64,000 nt of DNA from Paramecium tetraurelia (Eukaryota): positions 372,001 to 436,000 of the forward strand of contig CT867986.1 of NCBI GenBank assembly GCA_000165425.1, read 5' to 3'. The number at the start of each line of letters is the position of its first letter. Positions within the stretch are counted from its first letter, which is position 1. Made by a program: the position numbers and the translations under genes. Positions 14,854 to 30,232 of the stretch are shown one piece after another. Under the pieces are notes generated by a model that saw only the letters and a list, made by a program, of their open reading frames with translations, ran no database searches and was not told where the DNA came from.

Positions 14854-16346
14854 TATTCAGCAGAGATTTTATCCAAAGTTTAATTTATTTATAATTAATA
14901 TTATTACATCAAAATTATTCATATTCTAAATCATCATAATTTAGATTTTTGATAATTGGTATAATTCCTGAACGCTTAAATTACACAACATAAAACACTA
15001 TTGATTTCATTTAATGATCTTTTTGCTAACTCATATTCTTAAGTGCTAAATGTAAAATATATGCATCAAAATTCTCATCACAAATCAATATTATTTTGTT
15101 TCAAAATACATTATTCAAAATTATCCTAAGAGATATACATTAGAATTCTAAGTCATTTCTTTCATAGGTCAATATTGAAGCATATTCAAAATATGTAATT
15201 TTATCTTCTTAATCTCTTAAAGTTTTTTATTCTAATAAACTTTTATAAAAAAGAACTTAAAAACCTTTTCTTTTCTTTATATCTGCAATTGTTTATGCAA
15301 ATTATAATCTTATTTTCTTAGTAATTTCTATTTTAAATTTCCTGACTATATATAAATATATCCTGAATGCGGTTTCCCTTTTAATAAGTCTAGAAATTAT
15401 GGTGCTTTCTATTTAGTTTGACATTCACTCAATTCCTTCTTTTATTATTTAGGTCTGTAATGAATTTCTTATAGTAATAAGTTATTATCCTTAAACAAAA
15501 ATAGATATCTAAACAAATTTTAATTTAACTTTTAAGAATTATTTTAATAGTTTAGTTTCAGGACTATATTCTAAGTTATCACTTATAATGGAAATATATA
15601 ATTTAGCACATTTAATTAGTCTTTATTATCTTCTAATTAGTAAAGTCGAATTATCCTTTCTGCATTTAAGAACTTTTGGTTATTGTTTAATCTAATTTAA
15701 TTTATAATTAAAATTAGTATTTAGTATATATGATAATTAAATTTGATTTTTTTAAATCAATTGTAGATCTGACTTATACTGTATTAGTTAAACCTATTTT
15801 GATTTTAAATTCTTCAATAATTTAAATCCATATGAAACTCACAATTAGTTAAATAATGTAATATCAATAATATTAACCCTTCTGAAATGTTTACTATAAT
15901 AGAAATTTCTATTGTTATAATAAATTATATGTTCCTACCCATAAATTAAGTTAATTCAATTAATCTAGGTATCTAATTTGGTTTTTGTAAATATGAATGT
16001 GAATTTGCTTGTCCGTTTACTGTGAAAACACATCATAATAGCCATTTTAAAAAAGTTATTTTTTATAATAATAATAAATGTAGATTCAATCTAGATGAAT
16101 TGATTTACAATTCTTTTTTTTTCAAGAAATAAATATAAATCCCTCAATCATTTTGAAGAGTATCCATTATTTTTGTAAGAAGTCAAAAAAAAATCTTAAA
16201 TCTGCTTATTTTAGTAAATAAAAATATCTGATGATTTTGGATGCTTCTATTTGTAAATTGAATTAGCTATGTTAGATTAATATCAGTCTAACAATTTTAT
16301 CAAAGTTATTATATTTAATCAAGAGTTAAATTAGTACATAAAATAG

Positions 16347-16607
16347 ATGGGTTGTGGTTCTATGAAATTGCCAATGGAAACAAGTTAACCTATATAAATG
16401 AAGCAGAAAAGGCTAAAACTAAAGACTTCCTCAACTTTACCAGATGACATCAAAAAGAAAGTTTTTCGAAATAAAGATGGAAAGTTATTTTATATTGTTG
16501 AGGAGGATAATAAATACATTTAAGTACCCATGTTGAATAGTGCAGAATAAAACAGTCTGCTGAATCGAAGGAGATAAATGCGAACATAAAGTGATTAACT
16601 ATTTTGA
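16347..16607 (+). CDS. small putatively N-acylated protein (MGCGS..., 86 aa)
   Basis: Intronless code-6 ORF with N-terminal Gly2/Cys3. Confidence 0.65.
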
Positions 16608-16645
16608 TTAAATTAACTATATATTTTTATTTTTTCGATCTAAAA

Positions 16646-17586
16646 TCATTAGCAAACTAGCACTCCAATGGCTAGGTTATATCCCAAATAATTGCAATGA
16701 TCATCCACACTCAAATCAAGTAGATTTTGGTTTGAACATCTTGGGTCTTCCTTCTTTTCATCATTACAAATTTTAACACTAGATGTTAGCATAAATATTA
16801 TACTCTTTATGGAAGATGAGGAAATCTTTGTAATAAGCTTCTGTGTTGATATGATGGAATCCTTGGACTTCCATTGGAAGATGAGGGACAGGATCATGAT
16901 CGTGAGTCACTCTGAATTTGGCAGATGGATATATTGATTTGACGTAGTTGAAGAATGCAGAATCTCCGACTCTTGGTGATCCAAAGGAATAATAATGATC
17001 AACCCTGTATCCATTCACAGTTAGAGCCACTAATGCATGTGTAGACAGTGCTCCTCCTAAACTATGACCAGTAATGACTAATTTGGCATTTGGGTATTTG
17101 CTTGTCAATCTTTTTGCTGCATTTAACACTTAATCTTGAATGCCCAAATAGGAGTAGTAGAATCCTCTAAATATTGATAAGATATAATAACCTATGCACT
17201 TGGCAGTTGTTTGTACAGTATGGGAACGAGGTTTTAATATAATTAATATCTTCAAACCAATTTTTAATCGACCAAGGAAGAGTTCCCCTGAAAACAATAA
17301 TAATTTCATTGTGTTTAGGATCATATCCTGAATATCCTGCATTTTCATTAGTTGCATTAACAAATATTTAAACATCATCCATGTATGGTGTTTTACTACA
17401 TGGTGTAGTGCATGACCAATTTAGAATAACATTAGGATTACAGTAACTAGCTGCACAGAAGTACCAATATCTTGTAGCGGCTGTCTCATCGTATTCGCTA
17501 CTAGAATCAATAATGAAATCATCATCATCTTAGGCATGAGCACTCACTGTCAATATTAGAATGACGAATAAGATATCAAATTTCAT
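16646..17586 (-). CDS. secreted class 3 lipase
   Basis: Signal peptide, FRG, GHSLGG nucleophile elbow, FGSPRVG, DPVPHLP and a C-terminal DH..Y. Confidence 0.93.
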
Positions 17587-17683
17587 ATTATTATAATATT
17601 AATTTTCAAATACGTATCTCACTATTACATTATCACTATTGCTCAAAAACTTCTAGTTTAATAAATAAATGAAAATCTACATA

Positions 17684-18534
17684 TCAATCTTCCCTACCCT
17701 TTCCAGTTCTAATTGTACTTCTTGGTAAATAAAAAAGCAAAGAAGCTTCTTCCTCTATATTTTATATTAAAGAGAGTAATTTGATCCTTTATTTTCCTCT
17801 AATATAAGCTGTATCTTCTCAAAAATACTATTATTATCTCTATAAACAAATTTTATAGTAAAGAATTGATAAACATAATTTATTTTACCATTCACCAATT
17901 GTAAAACCTAATTCCAATTTTAAAAAGTGTTGGTGGCTTAATTGATTTAATTTAATTTTTAATAATATTTTGCACCTAATCTTTAGATATACCCCCTTTT
18001 AGTTCAAATAAATTTCACATTTCTATCCAATTCATTTTTAAATTTGATCATTAGTCATCCTAATTTTAAAATATTAACAAAAAAAATGTAAGAATATTTG
18101 TTATTTGGTGATCTTAAGCTAAACTTAGTTTGTATTATGTAAAGGTGATGATTCAATTGATAAATTATTATATAAATTAAATCTCCAGCTTATCTTACCT
18201 ATTTTTACAATTTGAAAAGTAGTTCCTGAATCAAAGAGCCTTTTTATCTTTAATGCTGCCACATTAATTTGAACATCTTTTTACAAGTTTGATGTATCCT
18301 TTAATTTTATTTCCAATTAAGAAGCATTGATTATCTTTATAAAATATTAAATAATAATATACTTAATATATCATTATGATATAATTATCCTTGCAAATCA
18401 TCCTTCTTTGAATTATAAACAAATAAATAGGTTCTATATTTAAGTAACTCTAATATAATATAAGTAACTTACTTGGATAATAACAAAGTAATAAGAAGTA
18501 AATATAAAGAACATAAAGCGAAATTGAATATCAT
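17684..18534 (-). CDS. hypothetical protein with N-terminal hydrophobic/signal segment (ends uncertain)
   Basis: MIFNFALCSLYLLLITLLLS, then tiny-intron-like segments and coding-like sequence. Confidence 0.4.
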
Positions 18535-18618
18535 TTTATATCTATCATTTGCCTAAACAAGTTTTAGATTTTGTGTAAGGATATTTGTTAGACTTTTGAA
18601 TTTTTTATTAATTAAAAA

Positions 18619-21600
18619 ATGAATGAGTTATTTAGGAAATCATTTTAGGCTTCAACAGTTGATACTAGATAAAGATTGGCATCCAGATAGACAAGATAGC
18701 ATTAGGATACAACCATTCCAAAATCCATTTTAGATCAAAATGGAATCGAAAGATGGATCAATGATATTTTGAGAGAAGCTTGTTTAAATGAGAAATAGAA
18801 CAGTTTGAACAAATTGGGTCTTGACAGAAGTACTTTAAAGGTTGTAAATGACTCTCTAATTTTCATTGTAGAGTGCCGGAGTTAAGGATGAAGACGTTAG
18901 TAGACTTTATCGAAGCATGTTTGTTTATACAGTGGGATTTTATGAAATGCTTCATGAAATGCTTAGAAATTTGTAGTTAACAGCAGCCATTTGGAAGGTC
19001 TTTGGGATACTTTTGGAATATGTTGCTAAAGGAGATTTTTAATTTGCAATAAATTAAATATAGTAAGAAACATAATAAAAAATTGAAGAGCTGAATGAGA
19101 CATTAACTTAAAGAGAAACTAAATTTAAAATAGTAGAAAAAAAGGCATAGGAAGAAATAATTCAATTATAGAACATGTTATAAGATATAACGGATTAAAA
19201 TAATGTCTTAAAGTTACAGAGAGACAATGCTGAGATAGATTTCCAATAATCTAATACAGCATTTGAAGAGGAAGTAGCCTTAAGAATCAAGTTTGAATAT
19301 AGGATTAATGAAATTACATCCATATATAGGGAATTAGCTTAAAGTCACTCTTAATTGTTTGAGGAACTTCAAGAAATAAGAATACTGTATGACAAGACTA
19401 GTAATGATTTAATGAAATCCAAGAAAAAATTAGAAACTGTGATTGAAGAAAAGGATATCAGAGATAATGAAATTAATCATCTGAAATAAACAGTAGAAAA
19501 TTAAAAAAGATAATTGGATGAAAAGGAAAACAAGATTCTAATATATGAGTTGAAAATTAACAAATTAACGAAGATTTCTGTTAATGATTAAAGCATTTCA
19601 ATGAATTATGAACATTAATTTAATCAATTATGTATGCAATTTTCAAAGTATAAGGAGGAAAACATTATAAAGTAATTTATTTAATGAATTAAATTATAGA
19701 TTGCAAGAATTGGAAAAATATCAAAGAAATTATTAGGATGTCTTGGATTTAAATAAGAAGTTGACTAATGAGATTCAAATAATAAAATAAGAAAAATTTT
19801 AATTATAAACAGAAAATAATAAATATAAAATCACAGTTGAATCATTTGAATAATTGGAATAAGGATATAGATCTAGCATTTTGTAATTGTAATAAGAAAA
19901 TAGAGAATTAATTGAAGAACATGAAAGTGAAATTAAGAAATTCTAAAGGATCCAAGTAGAACATTCATTTTAAGCACAAAGAATATAGGTATAATAAAAT
20001 GAGATTTTGGCATTGAATCAAAATATTTAACAAATGAAGATTGCCAAAATCCATTTGGATGAGTTATTTATCAAAGAGAAGGCTCAAGTATAGTTACTGT
20101 AAAATAGTTTATCAGGAAAAGAAGAGACCATTTTAGACTTAGAAAAATGCTTAAGTTTCATTTAATAAAGATTACACACTTTGACTATGGAAATGAATGA
20201 GTAGGAAAATAAAGCAAGGTTGAATTAATAGGATTTCAAAGCAGCTGAATTATCGTATAAGAAATAAATTGAGCAATTTCGAGAAACTTTAGACACTTAA
20301 AGACGCGAACTGATTAATGAAAAGGATAAACTCGAAGCCCTTTAAAATCAATATGAATCCCAGAAAAAGGAATTATCAGAAATTAAGTCTGTGTACAAAG
20401 AAGAAGTTTATGAGAAGAATATTTTAGTTACTAAATAAATATATTCAAATCTTATTATCAATAATGATAACTAAAAAATAGGTGGATATATTAATGAGAT
20501 TACTGATTTACAACTTAAGTATGATGAAACTACGAGAATGTATAAACAACTAGAAATTAAATATAAGGAATTAGAACAATTGATGAGTAAAGACTAAAAG
20601 TTTTTAATAGATGGACATGAATCTAAAATTATTCATTATAAAGCCATGCAAAAAGAGATGGTTTCAAAGATGAAACTTGAAGATGCTTTAAGTTAATGGG
20701 ATAGAACTAATTAAAAACTAATTAAATTAGATCAATCATTTAAAAATCTTCATGAATAACTCAAATAACTTAAAAGTCAAAATTTGTAAATGGAAAAAGA
20801 AAATGAGGAGCTAACTATTAAATTGAGAGAGCAAATTACATTAATCTAAAAATTAAAGGCAGATAATAATAAAAGTACTAGTGATTTAAAGCTAATAAAG
20901 TTCAAATAATTGGTATATTATGCCTGTCTTAAGGATGTGAATTTAAAAGTAAAATAATTCTCAGATCTAATACTATAAACCTAAAATAGTAATTAGGAGT
21001 TGAACAATGAATTAGCAAAAGTGAAAGAAGAAAATCTTAAATAAAAATAACTTATAAGAAGATATAGGATATCTGCTCAAGGATAACAATAACCAAGTCA
21101 AGTTCAATTAGAGGAATAAGATTCAACAAATGATCTTCAAAATTAATAAAATATCAAATAACATAACAAGACTGAACATTTAAAATCAGAAAAATCATAA
21201 GATGATTAATCTATTTCTCTTAATAATTCAATTCTGTTGTAAAATCAAACAAAATAAATAAGAAAATCTAAATTTTAAATTGAAGTAGAATAAATCGAAT
21301 AGAATTTATCCAAAAAATAATAAGAAGTACATTAATTAAAATTAGAATAATTGTCTTAAACTATAGATTTAAAATAATCTTAAATTGAAAATAAAACTTA
21401 AAATTAACCAGTAAAATTAAATAGTCTTTAAATTAAGGATGATCTTCTAAACATTGATGACAATCAGTTTTCAATTGAAAACGAAAAGAACTAATAAACT
21501 GCTTATTAAAAGTCTCGTAGTATTAGTGTAAGTTAAGGAAGCAAAAGTTAGAGAAGCAACAAATCATAAGGCTAGATGGATTTCGTAGTTAGAGTCAAGA

Positions 21601-21686
21601 AAAATACTTTGATATAAAATGCAAAGATGAATTCAAAGTAATTTGGTAGATTATTTTAAATTACTAGAGATCATTATCAATCTTGA
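18619..21686 (+). CDS. large coiled-coil protein (~1000 aa)
   Basis: Long code-6 ORF with few tiny introns. N-terminal LGLDRSTL...RLYRSMFVYTVGFYEML, extended heptads, ends RDHYQS*. Confidence 0.8.
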
Positions 21687-22225
21687 ATTTTATTAAAATA
21701 CTATGAAATATCATCAATTACAATTTCTTTATAAAAATCTTTCAATTACCTTTATCTTTGTCCTTTCTTTTTTTTAACCTAAATTGGAGGCTATTATTTA
21801 AATGTCTCAATCATTTCTTATTATTCTTCTACACTAAATGATTTATTAAATAGTTTTTATTCTTTAGTTAAACTGAATTATCTTAAAGTACCACACAATA
21901 GGGAATCAAATTTTAATTCCCTATTATAGATGTTGTGATTTTTTTATTGTCCATCTATTCTAGTGAATATTTAGGTAACATAAAGTTGATTTTTTCGACT
22001 GGAAGATATTATTGGAAGATCTAATATTCTATCCTAAAAGGATCTATTTTATTTTTTTGGTGTTAAATATCGAGATTTGGTTTCTTTTTTATAGAGTAGC
22101 ACTTAATTTTTACTATATTTTTCTTATTATATTGCTAAAGAAGCATTTCTTGGTTTATGGCGTTCAGAAAACATAAGTAAAATCGACTGTCTTGAGTTTA
22201 TTTTCTGTTAGGATTAATCGTACAT
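21677..22225 (-). CDS. hypothetical protein (182 aa)
   Basis: ATG at 22225 to TGA at 21677 with no in-frame TGA between (each + strand TCA was frame-checked). Confidence 0.6.
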
Positions 22226-22459
22226 ATTTGATCTATTTTATATTAGATGACACAATCAAAATATTATTATTAAATTATTTAGATCAGTATTAAAAATATT
22301 GGGAGTATTGCTAGCAATCATAATTACAATTTCATAATTCAGCTTTTGCATAGGGATTAAAATTAATATTAAATTATAAGTTAATATAGAGGGATTGTTA
22401 ATGAATAAATATCAGATAAAGAAATTAAAAATATATAAAATATATCCGTTAATATATTA

Positions 22460-23784
22460 ATGTTAAGACAACGATCGACATCAAAGGGTAAGCATTTTGA
22501 TAGGTATGAGTATCTAAGAATGTCAGGTTAGTCCCAGAGAAAGTCAATTTAAGTGATTATCAAATTCACATGGTAGAGGATTAGAAAAATGAATCATTAA
22601 GAGAACTTGATCTGAATGAACAATTGAGAGTTGAAAACAGTCAAGCCAAATATAGTAGTCTATTAAAACAAAAATTAATGGAAAACAAATCTTAATCCAG
22701 TCTATTTGTGTATCAAAGACAGCCATCAAAATATAAACCTTATATTTTTGAGAATGAATGTCCTTCTCCTGTTCGTAAAATAGCCAAGACACCCTATAAG
22801 ATTCTGGATGCCCCCAAAATTAAAGACGATTTCTATTATCAACTAGTAGATTGGAGTATGAACAATCAGATAGGAGTTGGCCTTGGGAATTCAGTTTATA
22901 CTTGGAATGCCATAACAAATGAAACAACCTAATTATTGGAAATCGAAGCTCCAGTTTGTGTTAGTAGTATTAAATGGTGTGATAGAAGTGATATCATTGC
23001 AATAGGAGACGATACAGGTGCAGTCAGAATTTATGATATTGTTAAAGCTAAGATATTAAAAACATACGAGAATCATAATTCCAGAGTAGGTTGTTTAGAT
23101 TGGAATGGATGCAATATAACAAGTGGTAGTAGAGACAAGAGTATATTGTTCTAAGATATCAGAACTAATAATGATTATGAATTGTCATTTCAAAGTCATA
23201 AACAAGAAGTTTGTGGATTGCAATGGAGTCCTAATGAACAATTTTTGGCTTCTGGAGGCAATGACAATAATGTTATGATTCAATCAATAAAGATGCCAAA
23301 CTAATCGATGTATGTATTCAAGGATCACATTGCAGCCGTTAAGGCTTTAGCATGGTCTCCTCATCAACCAAATATTCTATGTAGTGGAGGTGGAACAACT
23401 GACAAATGCTTGAAATTCTGGAATACCTCAAATGGACAACTCTAAAATAGCATTGACACTGGTAGTTAAATTTGCAACATGAAATGGTCTACCAACACAA
23501 ATGAATTGGTAACTTCACATGGGTATATATATTTCGTAAATATCTATAGTTATTCTCTTAATTAAGTTGCTGTTTGGAAAATGCCCAAGATAGAGAGAAT
23601 AGCTACACTATATGGCCATTCTTTCAGAGTTCTATATTTAGCTTTAAGTCCTGATGGAGAGAATATCGTTACAGGGAGTGGAGATGAAACTCTTAGATTT
23701 TGGAAGTTGTTTCCTTCAAAAAATAAAAATTCAAACCTTGTTAATCAATCTAAACTGGATTCTATCAGGTTGGATATTAGATGA
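22460..23784 (+). CDS. FZR1: APC/C activator Cdh1/Fizzy-related (WD40)
   Basis: C-box-like DR, RKIAKTPYKILDAP..DDFY, HKQEVCGLQWS, RVLYLALSPDG..IVTGSGDETLRFW and a C-terminal IR tail. Confidence 0.92.
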
Positions 23785-23977
23785 TGATAATTAAGCAATC
23801 CTCTCTCATGTATAATAAAATTACTATATCTTTAATTTTTGTAATTAATATTTGTTTATTCTGTAACATGAATTTATGAGATAGTGACCATTTCTAATAA
23901 GACAAAGATCAATAGTAAAAATATATAGAAATTATATTAAAATAAAAAGACAATTAATAAATATAATTGTAAAAATA

Positions 23978-26900
23978 ATGAAAAAAAAATAAGCAGAACA
24001 TCAAATGATATATACCAATATCCCTAATGCCCTCGATATCGGATTTACAGCTGTGACTTTATCATCTAATTTATCATTTATGATGGAAAACCCAAATGAT
24101 TATCCTGTCTAGTTTCATTTCGAATTCTAAAAATTCAAGATAACTCCTGATAGGTAAAATTAATATTCATAAAATAGAGGATAATTAGCTCCTGGAGCCA
24201 GAATTAATTTTACATTGACTTATGCTCCAGTTTTAGCCGAAGTTATAGTAGCATCAATAATATTGCATATATAATATGAATAACCAAGAGTGATCAAAGT
24301 ATCAGGCATAGGTAAATATCCATTCTTACAATTAAATACAAAAAAACTGAATTTCGAAAGTTTATTGATTGGGAAAACTGTTTCTAAAGAAATCACGATC
24401 AAGAACTAATCGGAAGTTACAGCGCAGTTTTAGATTTAAAAAATAATTGATGATGAATTCAAAGATAATGCATTTACATTGGATTATTACTCTGGAACCA
24501 TTCCTTAAAAAAGCACTTTTTTAATCAAAGTAACTTATAAACCAAAAATTCTAAATGTCTCAGTAATCAGATTCAAAGTAATCTGCTAAGGAGGCAACGA
24601 ATTAACATTTGAATGCGTCGGTTAGGCATTAGAACATGCAGTGTATTTGAGTGAGAAATCTATTAATTTTGGAGAGATCAAAGTAGGTAATTAAGCCACT
24701 AAATTATTAACAATCCACAACGATTCTGATCTCCCAACTACTTATTAATTCTATACTGATCTGAATAATATCTTTGCATTCAATAAAATCAGAGGACAAA
24801 TACAAGGTAAAAGCTTTGATAGAATCATCATCTCCTTCACTCCCAAAACCACTATCAACTATTACGAAAGAATATATTGTGTAGCAAGTAATCAGATTAA
24901 ATTCGTGGATTTAATTGGTACTTGCTATGATCTACTGATCAAACCAATTCCATTATTGCAATAGCATATTGATAATTTTAGAAGAAGAGTGATCCAAGGC
25001 AAATTAAGTGAAGTTGATTTCAGATACATGGAAAATTCTTGTTTGATGAAAATCAATTAATAAAATGAAAGCAATCTTTAAGGGGAATGGCAGGAAAGTC
25101 CAAATCAAACTGTTTAATTTAAGGAATTGATGCTCCCCCCCTCTTCTGATAATAGATTAATTAAGTTTTCTGAAGACTTCATAGATTTTGGCTATGTAGA
25201 ATGTTATCAATAAAGTAGTGCTAGAGAGTTGGAATTGCATAATCGACTAAATTGCAAATTGACTATATTTTGGACCATCCAATCCCATCCAACAATCGAT
25301 GGTGAAAAGGTGCCTGTATTCTCTGTTACTCCTGAGACCTAATCAGCATAAGCAAATTCCAAATGCAGATTCTAAGTCACTTTTAGACCTACTAAATCCT
25401 CATATTACTATTTCCAATATATTCAATTTTTTGCCATTAAATATAATCCAAAATTGACAAAAAAAATACTAGATCAAGTCAAGGTGAATAAAGGTTCAAT
25501 TCTAAATGAATCCTTTGGCAACAATGCCAATTTGAAGTTATCATAAACAGGGTTGACTAATTAAAAAAATACAATTGATTTCACTTCCAAAGAAATGATT
25601 CCCACATTCAGTGGTTAAATTGGATGTGTTGGACACTCCTTTGGGATTAATTCTTAACCTTACATTCCAATCATAGAACTTAGACCATCCAATAAATTGT
25701 ACTTTCCTCCATGCACTATTGAGGAATCTGTTTATCAAACAGTTGAGTTCATCAATAAGTCAGACACTCCCATCTACTTCAATTTTAGTCCAGATCCCAC
25801 TAAGACCTTTAGAGTATATCCTAATTAGGGTTTAATTTTCGGAAAATCATCTCAGTTGATAATTGTTGAGTTTGTACCAGTTGAAAACAAGGCTTACAAT
25901 CAGACTCTAGTTTGCCACATGAATCATTAATCTTCCAATCAAATTAATATATAAGCCATAGGATATTGTTCCACTCCTTTGTTAAAATTGTAAAATGACG
26001 GTAAGGTATTCTTTCCTCCTTCCTTTGTTGGAGTATATTCGAGATAGAAAATATCAGTCCACAATGAATCCAGGGTTCCCATGAGTTATTCGATTGACGT
26101 TCCAGAGAAAAATTAAAATGAATTATACATTGAACCTTCTTCTGGCTAAATAAAACCAAACGAAGTACTTCATTTAGACTGCCAATTTATTCCTTATAAA
26201 AGAAATAAGAAGTACAAAATTAAAGTTCCCATGACAGCCACAGAGATCTTAGCTGATAACCAAAATCTTATTGGATATCACATTCCAGGATCTGGAAATT
26301 ATGATTTCCCACTTGAATCTAGAAAACCTATAGAATTATCATATTAATTTGAAATCTTTGGGCAAGGAACGGATGGAAATCTACTCTTGAATGTTACCCA
26401 AATTGATTTCAATATTATTAAGGTTAATTTCAACACCAAGTAGTATGCAACCTTGATCAATAACTCAGCCTGCACATTTTATATTGAATTAGTCCTAAGA
26501 CCAAAAAATAAGGACAAGGATAAAATAGATCATCAAATGATCAGTCTTATAAACAGATCCTTTACCTTAGATTTGCAGAATGGAATTATTGCTGCCAACT
26601 CCAAATTAGATATAGGGATCATGTTCAATCCTATTGAAGTGTGCGAATTCGATTTAGTGTTAGATGTGATAGCAACTGAAAAAAATCCTAAGGCTCCAAA
26701 AGGTCCAAATTTTTAGAACAGGAAAATCATATCTTAAAAATGTAAATTAGAAATTAAAGCCAAAGGAAGCTATCCTTTATTGAAGATTGCTGACGTAAGA
26801 AACGATTCCATAAGTGTTGCAACTTTGTGGGAGAACTTTTAAATTAATTAAATAAATGCGGAATTAGGAAAAGACCTTAATGAGGATGAGTAGAAGTTTT

Positions 26901-28619
26901 TAAAAATAGAATAGTTAACATTTGACTAGGCTTAGTAGTTACAAAAAAGGTTACGAAGTTATGATTGGAACTTCGGATATTTACCATCGAAACCATAAGT
27001 AAAATCAAGAAAAATAGTTATTACAATATAAAATATTGGTGGCACTGATTTAGAGTGGCAGTTTAAATTGCCATCAGATCATTAAATTGAATTAGAACCA
27101 TGGGCAGATCCAGGGGAACCATCAGAAGAGGATACATTTGAAAAAGCAATCTTAGAAAAGAACATATTCCAAATTAGACCTAAAGGTGGTGTTATAGCTC
27201 CTAAATGCTTCAAAGATATTGAGCTAATCTACACTCCTTGCAATTTGGATGATGAACTCAAATCTAAAGGTATTTCAAATGAGAGTCATTTTTTGAGAGT
27301 GGTCTTGTAAATTTTGAATGGCAAACCATTGGTACTTAATTTAAAGGGAACAACACTAGCTCCATTGGAAGGGAGATTGGCAGTAAAGAAAAATTCATTT
27401 GAATTACCAGAAACTCCAGTTGGTTTATTATAGCCAGTGAAATATCCAATTGAAATTTAGAATGTAGGAAGTTCAAAAGTATAATACAAAACGATTGTCA
27501 AAGAAATTGATATAGACGGAGAGATTATCGATTCTTAATTCAATGTATTTGACATACAGAATCCTCAAGGTTCATTGTTGCCAAATGAGAAATAATATTT
27601 GTATTGCCTCTTCAGACCTTTAGAATAGAAGTCATACAATTTTGAATTGTTGGTGGAGGTATCAGATATGGTTAAGGTAATTCAGCCGGTGAAGTTGGCT
27701 ATATAAGGAAGAGGATATGCTAATCAACCAAGGAAATAAGTGTAATAATAGGCGATAGAGATTCCTAGATAAAGATCCCATTAATCACCAATAGGATCGA
27801 AGGTGTTCTTTTCTTTGGAAGAAATAGATTTTGGAGAATTGTTACCATTGAAGTCAGCTCATAGGATGATTATTTTGTATAATCAATCAAGTGATCGTAA
27901 ATTTACATTCGATTTTGGTGTTTCATAGTTTGCACTTTCAAATAACAGACCAGGACTGTGTTGTGGCGATGAATTTTTGATTGAGCCTATTCAAGGAGAA
28001 TTGGAAGCACAATCATTTATTGAACTTAAATTAACATTAACAACTGCGTCGACTCCTGCTGTATATGAGGGGGAATGTGAATGCACCATCAGTTGGGAGA
28101 ATAAGAATTAATAAATTAATACTTCGTAGGTGAGTTAGAATTCATAAGCGATAACAGTAGATAAGGAAACACTATTTTTGAGGATTAAAAAGAAATCCAG
28201 TCTAAATGTGGAATTAGTAAATTCTTTCAAGTAGCCTCCTCCACCGATTCACAATGCTATGGCTCATCCGTTTCAATAATTGTTAGGTCAGATCATCACG
28301 GAGGTCTTGACTGACTCACACACTGATTAAATCTTAAAGGCCTTAGACTAATAGCCTATCACTCTTTATTAACCAGAATAGTAATCAAAGGGAGGAGATG
28401 AAATTAAACAGGAGGATTTGTAAAATGTTATTTGAATTCATTAGGTCTATTCAGAGAGATTACAAGGACTACAAGACTATGTTCCTGGAGGAGGAGTTTA
28501 TTGAATTGACTGATTTGATCATGGAAAACACATTTTTCAATATCATCCAGGAGACCACAAGAAGGGAATGCGATTTATTGAGGATATCAAAGACATTTGT
28601 CACTCCTGCAAACAAATGA
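23978..28619 (+). CDS. CFAP65: cilia/flagella-associated protein with tandem ASH/Ig-like domains, CFAP65-like
   Basis: ~1500-aa ORF with repeated 'xFG...I.N.S..P' beta-sandwich units, NYYERIYC, DLIGTCY, PWADPGEP and a C-terminal MENTFFNIIQE. Confidence 0.75.
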
Positions 28620-28653
28620 TAATTATAATAAAATAGATTCTAAATAAAATTAA

Positions 28654-30210
28654 ATGCATTCATTCAAAGATTTAGACATCACTGATACAGAAAATGAACA
28701 ATCATTATGTAATCAACATCACAACGAGATTATCAAAGTTTGTTTATCACGTAATTTTATGTATTAACTAAATAGCGGGCTGTGATCAATTGAAATTGTG
28801 TCAGTCATGTCTGTCAAGCCACTTTAGTTCTCACAAGGAAATCACTATTTATTAGTTGTTTAAAGAAGTCCAAGCTAAGCTTTAGAAGGCTTATAGAGTT
28901 GAAAAATCAAAGGATAAGTTTGACATCGTGTTCAAATATATTTAAGAGATGAGATAGCAAGTTCATCACATTTTTAATTAATTAGAACAAGATATTAAGT
29001 AATATTTGATCGAAAAAATTAATATTGATGAACTCAACCAAAATTACCAAACTTTAATAAATATAAATGAGAACAATTACACTTAATACATCCCAATACT
29101 CAAACTCTACTATCTCAATCCAAACATCTTTTATGATGGATAGTTGTAATTGGCTGTGGTGGAGGATACCATCTTGACCAAATTGCTAATACTCAATGAG
29201 AAACTCAAACTCTAAGTTGACAAACTCAAAAATGATGCTGAACAACTTTTTGAGATCAAAACTCGAAAGCCTAGTGAGCATCAACAGGAGGATTCCGTTT
29301 AGTTGTTAACTACTATTAATGGACATGAAAATGTGGTAAGGTCTGTGATCAAACTCCATAATGGAGATTATGCAACGGCATCAAGGGATAAAACTATAAA
29401 GATTTGGAATTAGAACACTTTTTAATGCATACAAACTTTGAGGGATCACATTAATTGGGTCTAAGATCTTACACTCATTCCTGATAATAAATTTGCTAGT
29501 TGCTCAGATGATAAGACTATTAAGATCTATATGCAATTCACCTAAGGTCAATCAGAGTATAGACCTTAATCCGTACTTTGGGAATGCGTCAACACTTTAA
29601 GAGGACACGAATCCTATGTAGTTAGAATTGTATATAATGATTAATTCAATTATCTTATCACTTGTTCTACCGATGGAACTTTGCGGCTATGGGATCCATC
29701 ATAAAAGAATGCTCTAACAGTATTATAAGGACATGAAAATTGTGTATATACTTTAGCCACCCAAGCGAACTTAATTGTTTCAGGAGATGAAGGTGGGTAA
29801 TTGATAAAATGGTCATTGAACCACATGAAAATTGAATAGAAAGAAAAGAAACACTCAGGATGTGTCAATTCTATCTTGATTAATGCTCGCATTTATTCTT
29901 GTGGAGATGATCGGAAAGTCAACGTCTGGGATACCAACCTTTAATTATGTTATGTTATTGTAAAATTTATAGTTAAAATACTTAGCAATTGGAAAGAGCA
30001 GAATTGGAGTCATTATAATTTATTAATGATGAGCTAATTGTGGGTGGAGATGAATAGGGATACCTCTAATTCATTAATCTTAATTAAAGAAGAGTGATTT
30101 CGGAGATCCCTGTTCATAATGATCGTATATACAAAATTAAGTATTACGATGGAATCCTATGCACAGCCAGTTCAGATTTGTCTGTCAAGTTATTCAAGTT
30201 TAATATTTGA
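28654..30210 (+). CDS. B-box-like zinc finger + coiled coil + WD40 repeat protein
   Basis: CNQH...C..C...CQSC...H..H at the N-terminus. GH...SRDKTIKIW, SDDKTIKIY, STDGTLRLWD and GDDRKVNVWD repeats. Confidence 0.85.
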
Positions 30211-30232
30211 GTTATATATCCACAAATAATTT

